A stretch of DNA of 64,000 nucleotides. Source: Chiloscyllium plagiosum. Taxonomy: Eukaryota. Each line of letters starts with the position of its first letter. Position 1 is the stretch's first letter. Shown here in pieces: positions 38,690 through 50,826 of this stretch. The notes below the pieces were generated by a model. The model worked only from the letters and a program-made list of their open reading frames with translations, ran no database searches and was not told the DNA's origin. Location of the stretch: NCBI RefSeq assembly GCF_004010195.1, contig NC_057753.1, forward strand, positions 8,279,309 through 8,343,308, written 5' to 3'. The position numbers and the translations under genes were made by a program.

Positions 38690-40460
38690 GGTCCTCGAAG
38701 GATAAGCTCAGTGTGCTCGTGAAACGATTAGTGTCATTGAGTTGCACAGTACTGAAACTGATCTGTCGGTCCAACTCGTCCATGCCGATCAGACATCCTA
38801 AATTAATTAAATCCCATTTATCAACATTTGACCTGCATCCCTCGAACAGCTTCCTATTCGTGTACCCATCCAAATTCATTTTAAGTATTGTAATTGTACC
38901 CGCCTCCACCACTTCCGCTCATTCCATAAACTCAGAACCCTCTGCGTGAAAAAAAAACTGTACCTCAGATCTCTTTGATACCTTTGACCTCTCAAATGAA
39001 CCAAGACCTCTGGCAGTGAGACCAGAATTGAACGCATTTTACCAAAGGTGGCCAAACCAATGTCCTGCACAGCCGCAATATGACATCCAAACTCTTACAC
39101 GCAATGCACTGATCAATAACAGAAAGCAGAAAAAACGCCTTCTTCACTGCTTTGTCTACCCGTGAGTCTGCTTTCAAGGTCCTTTTGTTTGGTAACAGGA
39201 CACTACTGTTAGGTTTACCGACATGTAGAACCTCCTGTTTATCTAAACAAAACTCCGTCGACTGCTTCTTCGCCCATCTGATCAAGGTTCAGTTGTATTC
39301 TGAGATACCATATTCACTCTCCAGTGCACCAGCAATGTTATTGTCATCTGCAACCTTACTCACCATGCCTCCTATATTTACATCCAAATCATTGATATAA
39401 ATGATGAAAAGCAGTACACCCAGCAATGATCCTTGTGGATCACCACTGGTCGCAGGTCTCCAACCTGACAGGCCACCCTCCACCACCACCCTCTGCCTTC
39501 TACCTTACAGCCAGGTCTGTATACAGATGGCTATTTCTCCCCGTACTCCGTGTAATCTAACCTTGCTAACCGATCTACCATGAGGAACCTTGTCAAACAT
39601 TTTACTGAAATACATATAGATCACGTTCACTGTTCTGCCCTTATCCATCATCGTCGTTACTTCTACAAAAGACTCAATTAAGTTCGTGAAACACAATTGC
39701 CCATTCACAAAGCCATATTCACTTGATTCAATAAATGTTTGCTTATCCAAATACATGTAACCTCATGTGCCTCAGGATTCACTCCAGCACATTACCCACC
39801 ACAAACGTCAGGCTCACCAGTCGATAATTCCCTGGGTTTTCTTTACCACCTTCCTTAAATTATGATACCATGTTAGGCAATGTCTAGTCTTCTGGCACGT
39901 CGTCTGCGGTTATGGATGATGAAAATATCGCAGCAAAAGGACACAACAATCATTTCTCTAACTGCGACAGCGTTCTAGGGTACACCTTATAAGGTACTGA
40001 CGATTTATCCATCTTTATGCATTTTAATACGTCCAGCATCTCTTCCTCTATTATCTGGAGATTTTTTCCGATATCGCTATTAATTTCCGCACGTTCTCTA
40101 TCTTCCAGATCCTTCTCGACAATAAGCACTGGAGCAAAATAATCGTTCAGAACCTCCTCACCTCCTGCGGTTGTACACATGGCCAAGCTTGCTAATCTTT
40201 CAGTGGCACAAGTCTGTCTCTAGTTACTCTTCTGTCCTTAATGTGTTTGTCAATTCCGTATTTTTTCCCTTCATCCTATTTGATAAAACTGTCTCATCTC
40301 CCCTTTTTTCCCTCCTGATTTCCCTTTTAATTATACTCTGACTGCCTTTATACTCTTCTAGGGATTCACTCTAGCTCTGCTGTTTATTAACTGACATATG
40401 CCTTCCTTGACCAAAACTTCAATTTCTCTAGTCATCCAGCATTCCTTCCACCTACCAGCC
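38690..40460 (-). mobile_element. Old CR1 LINE (RT + 3' UTR)
   Basis: [35 protein letters not shown]. Confidence 0.85.
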
Positions 40461-41689
40461 TTCCCCAGATAAGTCCTAAAGGTTTTGTTTAGACAATAAA
40501 ATTGAAAAGAGAAGGTAAATACTGCAAAAGGCTCATTCGAGACAAAGAGAAAATGAGATTGGTGCAAGCAAGCAGCGTCATAGCTTTTGCATTAAATAAG
40601 TAACTTGGACTTGTCATTCCCAAAGTAGAGGGTTCTGCTCAGGTCATGGTAACCGAATAGGTAGTCCATTCACTTGAAAAGTCTAAAATTGATAAGAAGG
40701 TGCTGCTACATAAGTCATCTGTACTCGGTATGAATAAACACCGGATCTGTATCCAAGTGTATTAAGGGAAGTGAGAGTGGAATTTGTTGAGGCATGCCGT
40801 AATGATGTAAGCTTCTTTAGGTCTCATGGTGGTGTCAGAAGGTGGAGATTTGCAAATAGTATACTTTTGTAAATATTTGTGAAGAGAAACCCAACAAGAA
40901 CAGGCCAGTCAGTTTTACTTGATTAATGGGGAAATTTCTGGAAACAATAATTTAGATCACATGTATGGGCGAGCGTACATGGCCTTTTCAGAGGTTGATG
41001 TCTCGTGACCAAGTCAATTAATAGTTATGCATGAACAGTTCTTGATTTTACTCTTGCCTCATGCAGAGTCATTCAATAGAGTGTCAGTATCTCTGACATG
41101 CAATAGTTTGATTTCAGCCAGGGCTCCCTGACTGGACCAGATTAACAGCTCCAATTAGGGAAATCATATTCTATGAAGTTCAATTGGCCGACATCCTTAA
41201 AATCACAACAGGAATGAGGGTTGATTAACATTTGGTGTAAGTGCACGAACAATACAACGTTAGAAAACCTCAAGGTTATGGGGAATTGGAATGTGGATGA
41301 CTGGATGGCAGTGCTGTCGTATTTAGCATTCCAGCGAACAAATGGATCGATGAATATTTCAGAGGCATTCAGTTCAATTCGGGTGAACTGCCTTCATGTT
41401 TGTGCGACTTCTCTCCTAATTCTTCTTTCTATTTTACATCCAAGATTCGGAAAGAAAACACTCGAAGTTGGGAATCCAGCTTTGGGATAAGTGCAAAATG
41501 TTATCGATTTGAAAAAGTCAAATAAAAATTGCAAATATTGGAGAAGTTGTGCAGGTCTGGTTGCATCTGCAGAAAGAATAAGACAGCTTTAACATTTCAA
41601 GTACATTATAAATATTCTTTCGAGCAGGATCACGCCAGGAGCTGATCGAATCTCCCAATTGATCTCAACCTGAACATTCTCGAGTTTAA

Positions 41690-42320
41690 ACATGGAAGGA
41701 AAATGTACCGCTCACAGTGGAGAGTGTTGTCTTTGTGAGCAAATGTTCAGAAAATCATCTGTTCCGTTGCAATCCAAGTGCAGAAAACGTGGAGAGACAC
41801 TGTGGAAATGTGGGGATTGGAAGCAGGCATCCAGTTGCATTTCTGCTCTGGAAATTCAAATGTGGTCACACTGCGAAATTTACCTGTTCTATATGTTTGA
41901 TGGGAATCATTCAGTTGTCCTTGCTGCTGCCACAAAAGCGGGTTCACAATGACACTTTCAAATGCCAAGATTTTGGGATTTGCGACAAACGTTCCAGCGA
42001 ATTGATGTCCCATCTCCGTTTTCACACTGAGAGGGACACTTTCAATGCTCAGGTTGTGAGAATGCTTTGAAAAGTTCTGGGGAACTGCTACATCATCAAA
42101 GTGTTCATACTGAGGAGAGACTGTTCAAGTACTGTCAACGTAGCATTGAGTTCAGCCGATCACAAGAGAGTTCACATTGGGGAGAGGCACTCACCTGCAC
42201 AGAGTGTGGGAAGGGCTTTACTCGGAAATCCAGCCTGCTGAAGCACCATCGGGTTCACACTGAGGACAGGCCTTTTAAATGCCCAGCCTGTAGGAAAGGC
42301 CATGTAAGTTCCACCGGGCA
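41690..42320 (+). pseudogene. C2H2 zinc-finger gene remnant (frameshifted)
   Basis: HSGE/HTEERLFK/HTEDRPFKC linkers; CTECGKGFTRKSSLLKHHRVH finger; several frameshifts and stops. Confidence 0.8.
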
Positions 42321-42399
42321 AGGATTTTCTATTTACATCTTATCGCGTGATTAGTAACAGATTTTTGTTTAATTTTTCCCTTCTTCACTTATCTCTTAT

Positions 42400-43575
42400 T
42401 TGATATTATAGTTGGACTAAGTTAAGCTTAAGATTGAAAATGGCAGGAGATTGCAGATCCATGTTATGCTTCACTTGCTCAATATGGGAACTCAGGGACG
42501 CTGCTGATGTCCCTGACTCCTTTACGTGCAGGAACTGTGTCCAGCTGCAGCTCTTGTTAGACTGCAGGACGGTTCTGGAGATGTGGATGGATTCACTTTA
42601 GAGCAGACGTGATGCTGAGGGGGTCGTGAATAGCAGGTTTAGTGAATTGGTCACACCGCAGATTAGGATTGCTGAGGAAGAAAGGTAATTGGTGACCAAA
42701 AGGCAGATAAAGCAGGAAGGAAGTGCGGGCATCCTCTGTGGTAGTCGCCCCCCCACCACACACACACACATCAGGTAAACCGTTTTGGATACTGCTGGGC
42801 AGATGGCTTAGAAGGGACAGGCAGCAGGAGGCAGAATCAGGGCACCGTGGCTGGCTCTGCAGTACAGAAGGGCGGAAAAGATAGTGGAAGGGCTATATAG
42901 CCATAGTGGATTAAATTATAACGGGAGTAAATAGGCATTTCTGTGGCCAAATATGAGACTCCCGAATGGCATGTTGACTCCCAGGTGCACGGGTCAGGGA
43001 AGTCTCGGATTGGCAGAATGTTCTGACTGGTGAGTATGAATAGTCAGTTGTCGTTGTACATATAGGCACCAATGACACAGGTTAAAAAATGAATGTGGTC
43101 CGACAAGCAGAATTTAGGGAGCTTGGAGTCAAATTAAAAAGTAGGATCTCAGTGGTAGGAATTTCAGAATTGCTACTAGTGTCATGTGCCAGTCAGTGTA
43201 GAAATGAAAGAATACACAGCTTGATTGCGTGGCTTGAGAGATGGGGCAGAAGGGAAGGATTCAGATGTTTGGGACATTGCGTCCAGTGCTGCAGGACGAC
43301 TGCAAATATGACAGTCCACACCTGGGCCAGAATGGTATTAATGTTCTTGAGGGTGCTTTTTGTAACGCTGTTGGGGAGGATTTAACTTAATGTGACGGGG
43401 GATGACAGGGTGATGGGAACTAACTGAGGAGGTTAGTGGGCAGTAAGGAGGCTGCTTGAAGGTAAATCCACATTTGATATGTGGGAGGCTTTTAAAGAGA
43501 GTCTGATTAAAGTGCAAGAGAGACACGATCGTCTGAAAATGAGGGATAGAAATGGCAAGATGAGGGAACCATGGA
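42400..43575 (+). mobile_element. CR1 LINE 5' part (ORF1; ORF2 EN region deleted), interrupted by the ERV
   Basis: ORF1 zinc finger (CFTCSIWE..FTCRNC) and esterase (HIGTND, GISELL) remnants; ends at the REPW motif. Confidence 0.85.
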
Positions 43576-45517
43576 TGTGGAGGAGAATTTAGCTCCCATC
43601 TGGAATTAGCAGCCATCTGGTCACATAAACTGGTCTTACAGGACAAAGCTAGACCTGCCGACATGCCCTCTGAGAGTAGTGTTGCCTTAGCTGTTAGCTA
43701 AAGATAACCTTGCGACTATTTATTGGGGCCAGGCTTAAATGTTACGTTGCCTGGAAAAACTTTGGGATGTTGTAAGGACCATCAGCCTCCCAAAGTCAAG
43801 GTGCGACAGCTACCAAGCACTTACACGGCTTTGTCCCCTACTGCTCCGCCACCTCCTCCCCTCTGCCCAATACCTCCCAATATCCTAAAGTGCCCCTCCC
43901 TACCTCAGAACTCTGAGAAGTCGCAGCCATCATCGCGACACTTACAGTGGTCTCCTTCCATTACCCGGTTATGAATGGAGGGGCTGCGCAGCTACTTCCT
44001 AACAATGATGCGGTTCTGTACGATCGTCTGGGGTCGGCATCGGGCTGTCATTACCGTCCGACTCCTCATGAGTCAACACCCGACACCAACCCTCCTACTC
44101 AAAGCACCAGTTCTCAATCTGCGCATCTTAATTGACCCTGTCTCATGATAGACAAGGTCCACTTTGACAAACCCTGACCTCATGCTGAGATCCGCGGCAC
44201 ATTCCTGGACGCCTTGATCCGCTGAAGTGCCCAGGTCCTTTTTGCTACTGGCTGCTACAGACTTGTAATATCGAAAATTGCTTGCCACAAGATGTAAATA
44301 ATTTGTTGCACTTGCCTTATGGTACCCGCTGGTCATTAAAAATTCAGTGGCTTTCCCCGCCACCCCCTGGGGCTCCACAGTGGCCAGGGAACGGTGAAGG
44401 AGACCGAAAAGCCAGCTGTATTGTTCGCTGCACGGCAGCAGGTGGATTTTCAGGAGGTCACGTGCCATCTCCAAAAAACTCATGCAACCCTACCTGACTT
44501 TCTCGCATGCTTTAAGGAAGTTTGAGAATCCTCTGCGGGTGCTGTCCTCTCAGACAATCATAGATTGGAAATTCAGCGTTTGTTAACTGCATGCAGTCTT
44601 GCTATGCACACATTTGTAAGTCCATCAAACCTTGACTGGCATTCCAAAACCTGGGAGTAAATGCCCACTTGGCTCGCTAGTATGCATCAGCAAAGCCTTT
44701 TCGAGTATACCAAAGAAAAAGAGACGTTCTCACGTGTGCCGTCAACACCTTTTCCCCGGTGTCCAACTGCGGAGAGGGCGCAACATCAACAGTGCTGGGA
44801 AGGACAGCACTTGCAGCGCAAGGACATTAATTAGGACCAGTGTCAGGCCTGTGGCACTTTGGCCATTGGGCACAAGATTGTCAGGTAACTTCCTCCCCAA
44901 CACCATCGTTTCCTCAGCCTGACCTTTCATTGCGATGGTGCACCCCGCCAGCTACCTTTTTGGTCAACAACCCTTTCCTACACGACCTGCAGTCACAGAG
45001 CTGCTGCATGAGGGAGGTCCTGCAGGTCACTTCAATGTGGCTCTCCTATTCCCCATGCAAAACCCCATGATGGATATAGAAATGGGTGATCGACTTTTTT
45101 CGGTTCTGGTAGACTCTGGAGCCACAGAGCCTTCTGCGCCTCCCTTAGCGGGCCTTCCCCTTACATCTGATACCGTTCACACTGTGGACATCTCTGAACT
45201 ACCCTTGGTTGAACCCCGCGCTGTCCTTCTTCCGATCAAGGTAGAGTCCCTTTGAGTCATTGACGTACTGTTGTCTCCCCTTCCTGCCCCGTGCCCCTAT
45301 GTTGTCGCCATCTTACCTTTGAAATCCCTCACTCCCAATTTCCCCTACTACAGACTGCCATGACTACACTGTCCCCGCCCTCTTCACCACTCTCCCCTTA
45401 CTCTTGGTCAGTTTGTCGCAATCCTGTGCGCGTGTTCCTTTATTCTGCCTATACAGAGCCCCTCCCTCTCCACTTGCAAACTTCCTGACATGGATCTTTA
45501 AAACCGGCTGAATTTTA

Positions 45518-45796
45518 TGCAGCGCCCACGCTACTGCTGCTTATTTTGACCGGCCTGATCCACCCTATTCCACTATTGCCATCCCACACATCAAGACACC
45601 CTTCCCCCCTATCGATGATGGGCTCTTACTTCGTCTGGAGGAGGAGGTAGCGGCAGAGTTCTTGCTCACTACCGACCAGGACTTACTATCTCGACATAAG
45701 CCGACCTCAGCCCAGCACATTTCTGTCCTGGTTAAACCCCCATGGAACGGAAAGGATTTGGGCCCACTTGTCCACTGTCTTAGAGGACTGCAATGA
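45518..45796 (+). pseudogene. 2H-phosphoesterase (CNPase-like) domain remnant in the ERV pol region
   Basis: Open frame CSAHATAAYFD...VAAEFLLTTDQ...SAQHISVLVK..KDLGPLV: two Hx[T/S] motifs 63 aa apart, located between protease and RT. Confidence 0.75.
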
Positions 45797-47440
45797 TACT
45801 TCAGGCCTTTCGATCCTCCGAGCCCCGACTCCCTGCGGTTGGCTGTTCTTGGAGAGACCGCATTCTGCCTGCCCAGCAGTCCTACCTCAGCTGAAGGCAT
45901 TTTCCTCTTGCATTCCTCACCACCACCCCCTCCTCTGATATCCTCTTGTTACTCCAGCATCTGCCACCCTCCTATGGGCCCAGCATTGTAATCATACTGG
46001 ATTGGTCCTCTTTTCCTCGCCGCACACGGTCACTAGCAAACACGGTGTGACCCTGCCCTCCATCAGACAATATTACTTGTCTCCTGCTGTTAGAGAGGGG
46101 ATTAAGTCGGTTTTTATTCCCTCCTCCAACAGGGCGTCCTCGTGCCCACTGTTAGCCCTTGTGACACTCCTATTCTCTCCACCCCCAAGTCTAGCAAATC
46201 AGGCCCTAGGCAGTTTGTGCAAGTATTGTCGCCAGTACTGTCAGACACTAATGCCATCCTTACTGACCTCTCTGCCACAGCCATCTGTTTTTCTCTTATC
46301 GACCTCTGCTCAGCCCTTTTCTCCATGAAATTGTGACCCGAAAGTCAATAATTTTTCGCCTTCACTTACGGCAGTCGCCAATATACATGGACATGGCTTC
46401 CCCAGGGTTTCACGGAGAGCTCCTCTGTGTGCATCACACTCTGCAACTCCTCTGCTTGCCAGGCCAGAGTGGCCTCATTGAATAGACGGATGACCTCTTG
46501 GTGCCTCAAGCTCTCCAACCGTATATATACAGGATACACCAGCCCTCCTCTGCTGTTTGGCTCACGATGGACATAAGGTTTCAGTTGAGAAGATGCAACT
46601 CTGCCAATTGACTGTGCAGTACTTGGCTATGAACTCTCCTACGGGTTTTGATCCAGATCGCGAGACTGTATTGAGGCCATCCTCCATCTTTCACACAAAG
46701 TGTGTACAATTGTAGTGAATATGTGCAATGCCCATGTGAGGGACGAATCGTTCAACATTACTCATGCTATCCAGTCGTCCAAACGCATTTAGATGATTTC
46801 AGGCAAGGTCCCAATGGGGGGGAGAGGTAGATGGGAATGCTATCAGAGGTTACTGGGGATCCTGTCTGCTGCACGGACTTGTCCTTATTGTTGTTATTAT
46901 CGTTGTGTGTTGCTTTGCCATTTGTTGCTTAAATACCAGCTGTAAAATTATCCAAAATAAGTTGGCTACGCCGTTCTCCAACCCCCTAACATCGTAGTTG
47001 GCCAGAATAACCCCTAAGGCGTACGCCTACCATGACGCAGAACCCAAGGCCTTGCCCTCGAACCCCCCCCCCCTCCCCACCGCCAACACGGAGCTCGAAG
47101 CTTCTTTTTATGATTCTGAAACCCCACCACCAGACAACTCACTGGGCTCCAGTAATGTTCCCCCATTCACGGAAACTCCAGACCTGTTTTCCTAATTTAC
47201 TCATTTGATCTTGTGATCAAAGACAATGGATTGTGCAGGAGAATTTGGTTCCTGGGAATTAGCAGCCATCTTGTAACATAAACTGGTCTTCCAGGACAAA
47301 GCTAGAACTGGTGATACGTCCGCTCAGAGAATTTCTGCCTCAGATGTTTTTCGAAATATAGCCTTGCAACTATTTGAAATCATTGTTTATCCCCCAAACC
47401 AAGACTAGTTCAGTTTCATAATGATATATGACTCATTTCA

Positions 47441-47744
47441 AGATTTTAGATTCCCTACAGTATGGAAACAGGCCCTTCGGTCCAACAAGTCCACACCAAC
47501 CCTTTGAAGGGTAACTAATGCACCTGACACTAAGGGCAATTTAGCATGACCAATTCACCTGACATGCACATCTTTGGTCTGTGGGAGGAATCGGAGCACC
47601 CAGAGGAAACCCACGCAGACACGGGGTGGGGGTGGAGGGTAGAATGTGCAAAATCCACACAGACAGACGCCCGAGGCGGAAATCAAACCCGTGTCCCTGG
47701 TGCTGTGAGGCAGCAGTGCTAATCACTGAGCCACCGTGCCGCCC
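47441..47744 (-). mobile_element. HE1-type V-SINE (tRNA-derived) inserted in the ERV 3' LTR
   Basis: Minus: GGGCGGCACGGTGGCTCAGTG (A box)..GGGTTTGATTTCC (B box); V-domain CCGTGTCTGCGTGGGTTTCCTC..CTCCCACAG; LINE-like 3' tail. Confidence 0.9.
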
Positions 47745-48082
47745 AAGAGACTCATTGTGTCGCTTATCTTCCTGATTCTTTTTCCTTTTGCTGCTTATCT
47801 TCCCGATTCTTGCAGGACCTGGCGCAAACACTGAGTATTTGCTACCCCTCCAGTCCTGCTTGATAAGGGAACATCTGTGACTGCAACCTGTGCTGACCAG
47901 TACTATCACTGACCCCATGGCTTTGTGACGAACGGTCAGCCCTTGCTTAAGATAGTACATAAACATTAATATTTTGTATTACTTCAGGCTGTTTCTCGCT
48001 GTGAGGCATGACATTTTCCCCATGATCATGCAATCAAAGTCTGTTAATGCTCAAGGTCTGACACCAGAGATTTGCTGCAGCA

Positions 48083-50375
48083 ATGGATGACAGGTGAAAT
48101 TGTGAGACGATCAAAAAGGAAAATAGAAGCATACACAAGGGTTCGGCGACTAAAGACAGCCAAAGCTTTGGAAGAATATCGAGAATGCATGCCAATCTGA
48201 AATGAGGAATGAAGACGGCTGAAAGGTATCATGAAATATCTTTAGCAAACAGCGTTAAGGAAAATCCCAAGGCCTTTTGTTCATTTGTAAGGAGCAAGAG
48301 GGTAAGTAGAGAAATAATTGGCCCACTCAAGGCCAAAGGCGGAAATTTATGCGTGGAGTCAGAGAAAATGGGTGAGATTCTTAATGAGTACTTTGCATCA
48401 GCATTCACCGAGGAGAAGGACATGACGGATATTAAGGTTAGGGATAGATGTTTGGTTACTCTAGGTCAAGTAGGCATAAGGTGGGAGGAAGTGTTGGGCA
48501 ATCTAAAAGGCATTAAGGTGGACAATTCCCCGGGTCTGCTAGGATTTATCCCAGGTTAATGAGACAATTGAGAGAGGAAATAACTGGGGCCTAAACAGTT
48601 ATCTTTTCAGCATCCTTGAACACATGTGAGGTCCCGGAGTACAGAAAAGTTCCTAATGTTGTCTCCTTGTTTAAGAAGTGCAGCAGGGATAATCCAGGTA
48701 ATTATGCTGTGGTGATCCTGACGTCTTTGGTAGGGAATCTACTGGAGAAGATATTGACCTATTCCCATTTGGAAGAAAATAGGCTTATCAGTTATAGGTA
48801 ACATGGTTTTGTGCAGGGAAGGACATGTCTTACCAACTTAATCAAATTCTTTGAAGAAATGATAAATTTGATTGATGTGGAAAGGGCTGTAGACGGCATA
48901 TATATGGACTTCAGTAAGTCGTTTGATCAGCTTTCCCATGGTAGGCTGATGGAAAAAGTGAAGTTACATGGAGTGCAGAGTGTATTAGCTAAATGGATAA
49001 AGAACCAGCTGGGTAACAGGAGACGGACAGTAGCAGTGGAAGGGAGTCTTTCAAAATGGAGAACTGTGACCAATGGTATTCCACAGGGATCTGTCCTGGC
49101 ACCACTATTATTTGTGATATAGATAAACAAATTGGAAGAAGGTACTGCTGGTCTGATTAGCAAGTTTGCAGATGACACTGGTGGAGTGGCAGATGGTGAA
49201 TGGTGATGGTGGTTGGTGGACTGCCAGAGAATAGAGCAGAATATAGATGGATTGGAGAATTGGTTGCAGAATTAGCAGACGGATTTCTATCCAGGCAAAT
49301 GCGAGATGATGCATTTTGGAAAATCCAATTCACGAGCGAACTGTACAATAAATGGAAAAGCCCTGGGGAAAATTGATGGACCGAGAGATCTGGATATTCA
49401 GGTCCATTCTACCCTGAAGGTGGGAATACAGGCCAGTAGAGTGGTCCAGAAGGCATACGGCATGCTTTCCTTCATCGGACGGGGTACTGAGTATGAGAAT
49501 TGGCAAGTCATGTTACAGTTGTATAACACCACGTTTGGAATACTGCGGACAGTTCTGGTCGCCATATTAACAAAAGGGTGTGGATGCTTTGGAGGGGGTA
49601 GAGAAAAGGTTCACCAGGATGTTGCCTGATATGAAGGGCGCTAGAAATGACGACAGGCTGAGTATATTAGGATGGTTTTCATTAGAAAGACGGATGTTGA
49701 GGGGGGATCTCATTGAGGTTAACAAAATCATGAGAGGTCTTTACAAGGTGGATAGCAAAAAGCTTTTTTCCAGACTAGGGAACTCAATTACCAGGAGTCA
49801 CCAAAATTAACAACACACTGTAATGCCTGACGAACATGAATAATGATAACTTCTCTCAAGGAGGTTGTAATAACGTCGAGGCAGCAGGACGTAGGTCTCA
49901 TAGAGAAGATGAACTCTGACAGGACATGACGAAAACATGAGAGAACCTGGACCAGGTCTCATGACGAAAACATGAGAGAACCTGGACCAGGTCTCAGAGA
50001 AAGAGCATTTTAGAATTCTTTTGTACAATGGGCTAGTGGTGGGAGAGAAACAAGTCGAGGCAGCTGATCAGATTGTCTCAATCTTAGTGACAATTCAATG
50101 AGATCAAGGTGAGCCGGAAATGTTTAAGGGAGATATGCGTGGCAAGGCTTTTACACAGAAGTGTTGTGTGCCTGGAACGGGTTGCCAGAGGAGGGGATAG
50201 AGGCCAAGAGGATAGTGTCATTTACGATGTATCTGGGCAGATACATGAATGGGCACAAAACAGAGGAATACAGATCCTTAGAAAATAGGTGACAGGTTTA
50301 GACAGACAATCTGGATTGGCGCAGATTTGGAGGGTCGAAGGACCTGTTCCTGTGCTGTAATGTTATGTGTTCTTT
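48083..50375 (+). mobile_element. Continuation of the host CR1 (ORF2 RT + 3' UTR)
   Basis: Resumes (W)MTGEIVR after the TSD; CLTNLIKFFEE, GIPQGSVL, SKFADDT; interrupted at 49799-50100. Confidence 0.88.
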
Positions 50376-50826
50376 GTTTTTGGTCTGGAATGGAACTATA
50401 TTCATCAGGATCAATTTCTGCTGATGTTTTGCTCAGTCACAGGTACTAATATTGGGAATCGTCAAATGAATCAGCTTTGGGTCCAACACACTGTCTGCCT
50501 GAATATTTTAACATATTTACACTGCACTTTGAAGAGGTTTTCCTCCCTCCTGTCTTTTCATTGAATTGTCACTAAGATTGAGACAATCTGATCAGTTGCC
50601 TCGACTTGTTTCTCTCCCACCACTAGCCCATTGTAAATGTGCATTCTAAATTACTCTTTCTCAGAGACATGGTCCAGGTTCTCTCATGTTTATCGTCATG
50701 TCCTGTCAGAGTTCATCTTCTCTATGAGACCTACGTCCTGCTGCCTCGACCTTATTACAACCTCCTTGAGAGAAATTATCATTATTCATGTTCGTCAGGC
50801 ATTACAGTGTATTGTTGATTTTGGTG
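49799..50826. repeat. Inverted repeat, arms 49799-50101 and 50558-50826; left arm carries a 35-bp tandem duplication
   Basis: Direct reverse-complement match (ORFs 49807-50028 - and 50637-50906 + share FSETWSRFSHV); CATGACGAAAACATGAGAGAACCTGGACCAGGTCT x2 at 49925 and 49960. Confidence 0.92.

Larger units (their letters stand above)
43576..48082 (+). mobile_element. Defective endogenous retrovirus (5'LTR-gag-pro-2H-RT fragment-env TM-3'LTR)
   Basis: TG at 43576 and CA at 48082 with 5-bp TSD ATGGA (43571-43575, 48083-48087); homologous LTR starts at 43576 and 47232; CCHC knuckle (CQACG/FGHWAQDC) ~44840-44880; protease LVDSGA; RT IDLCSALFS, TWLPQGF; env VCTIVVNMC..NIT and hydrophobic anchor. 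Confidence 0.9.

Noticed and set aside
47660..47744. tRNA-like A/B boxes as a tRNA gene
   Set aside because: Continuous with the V-SINE core and LINE-derived tail, so it is a SINE head
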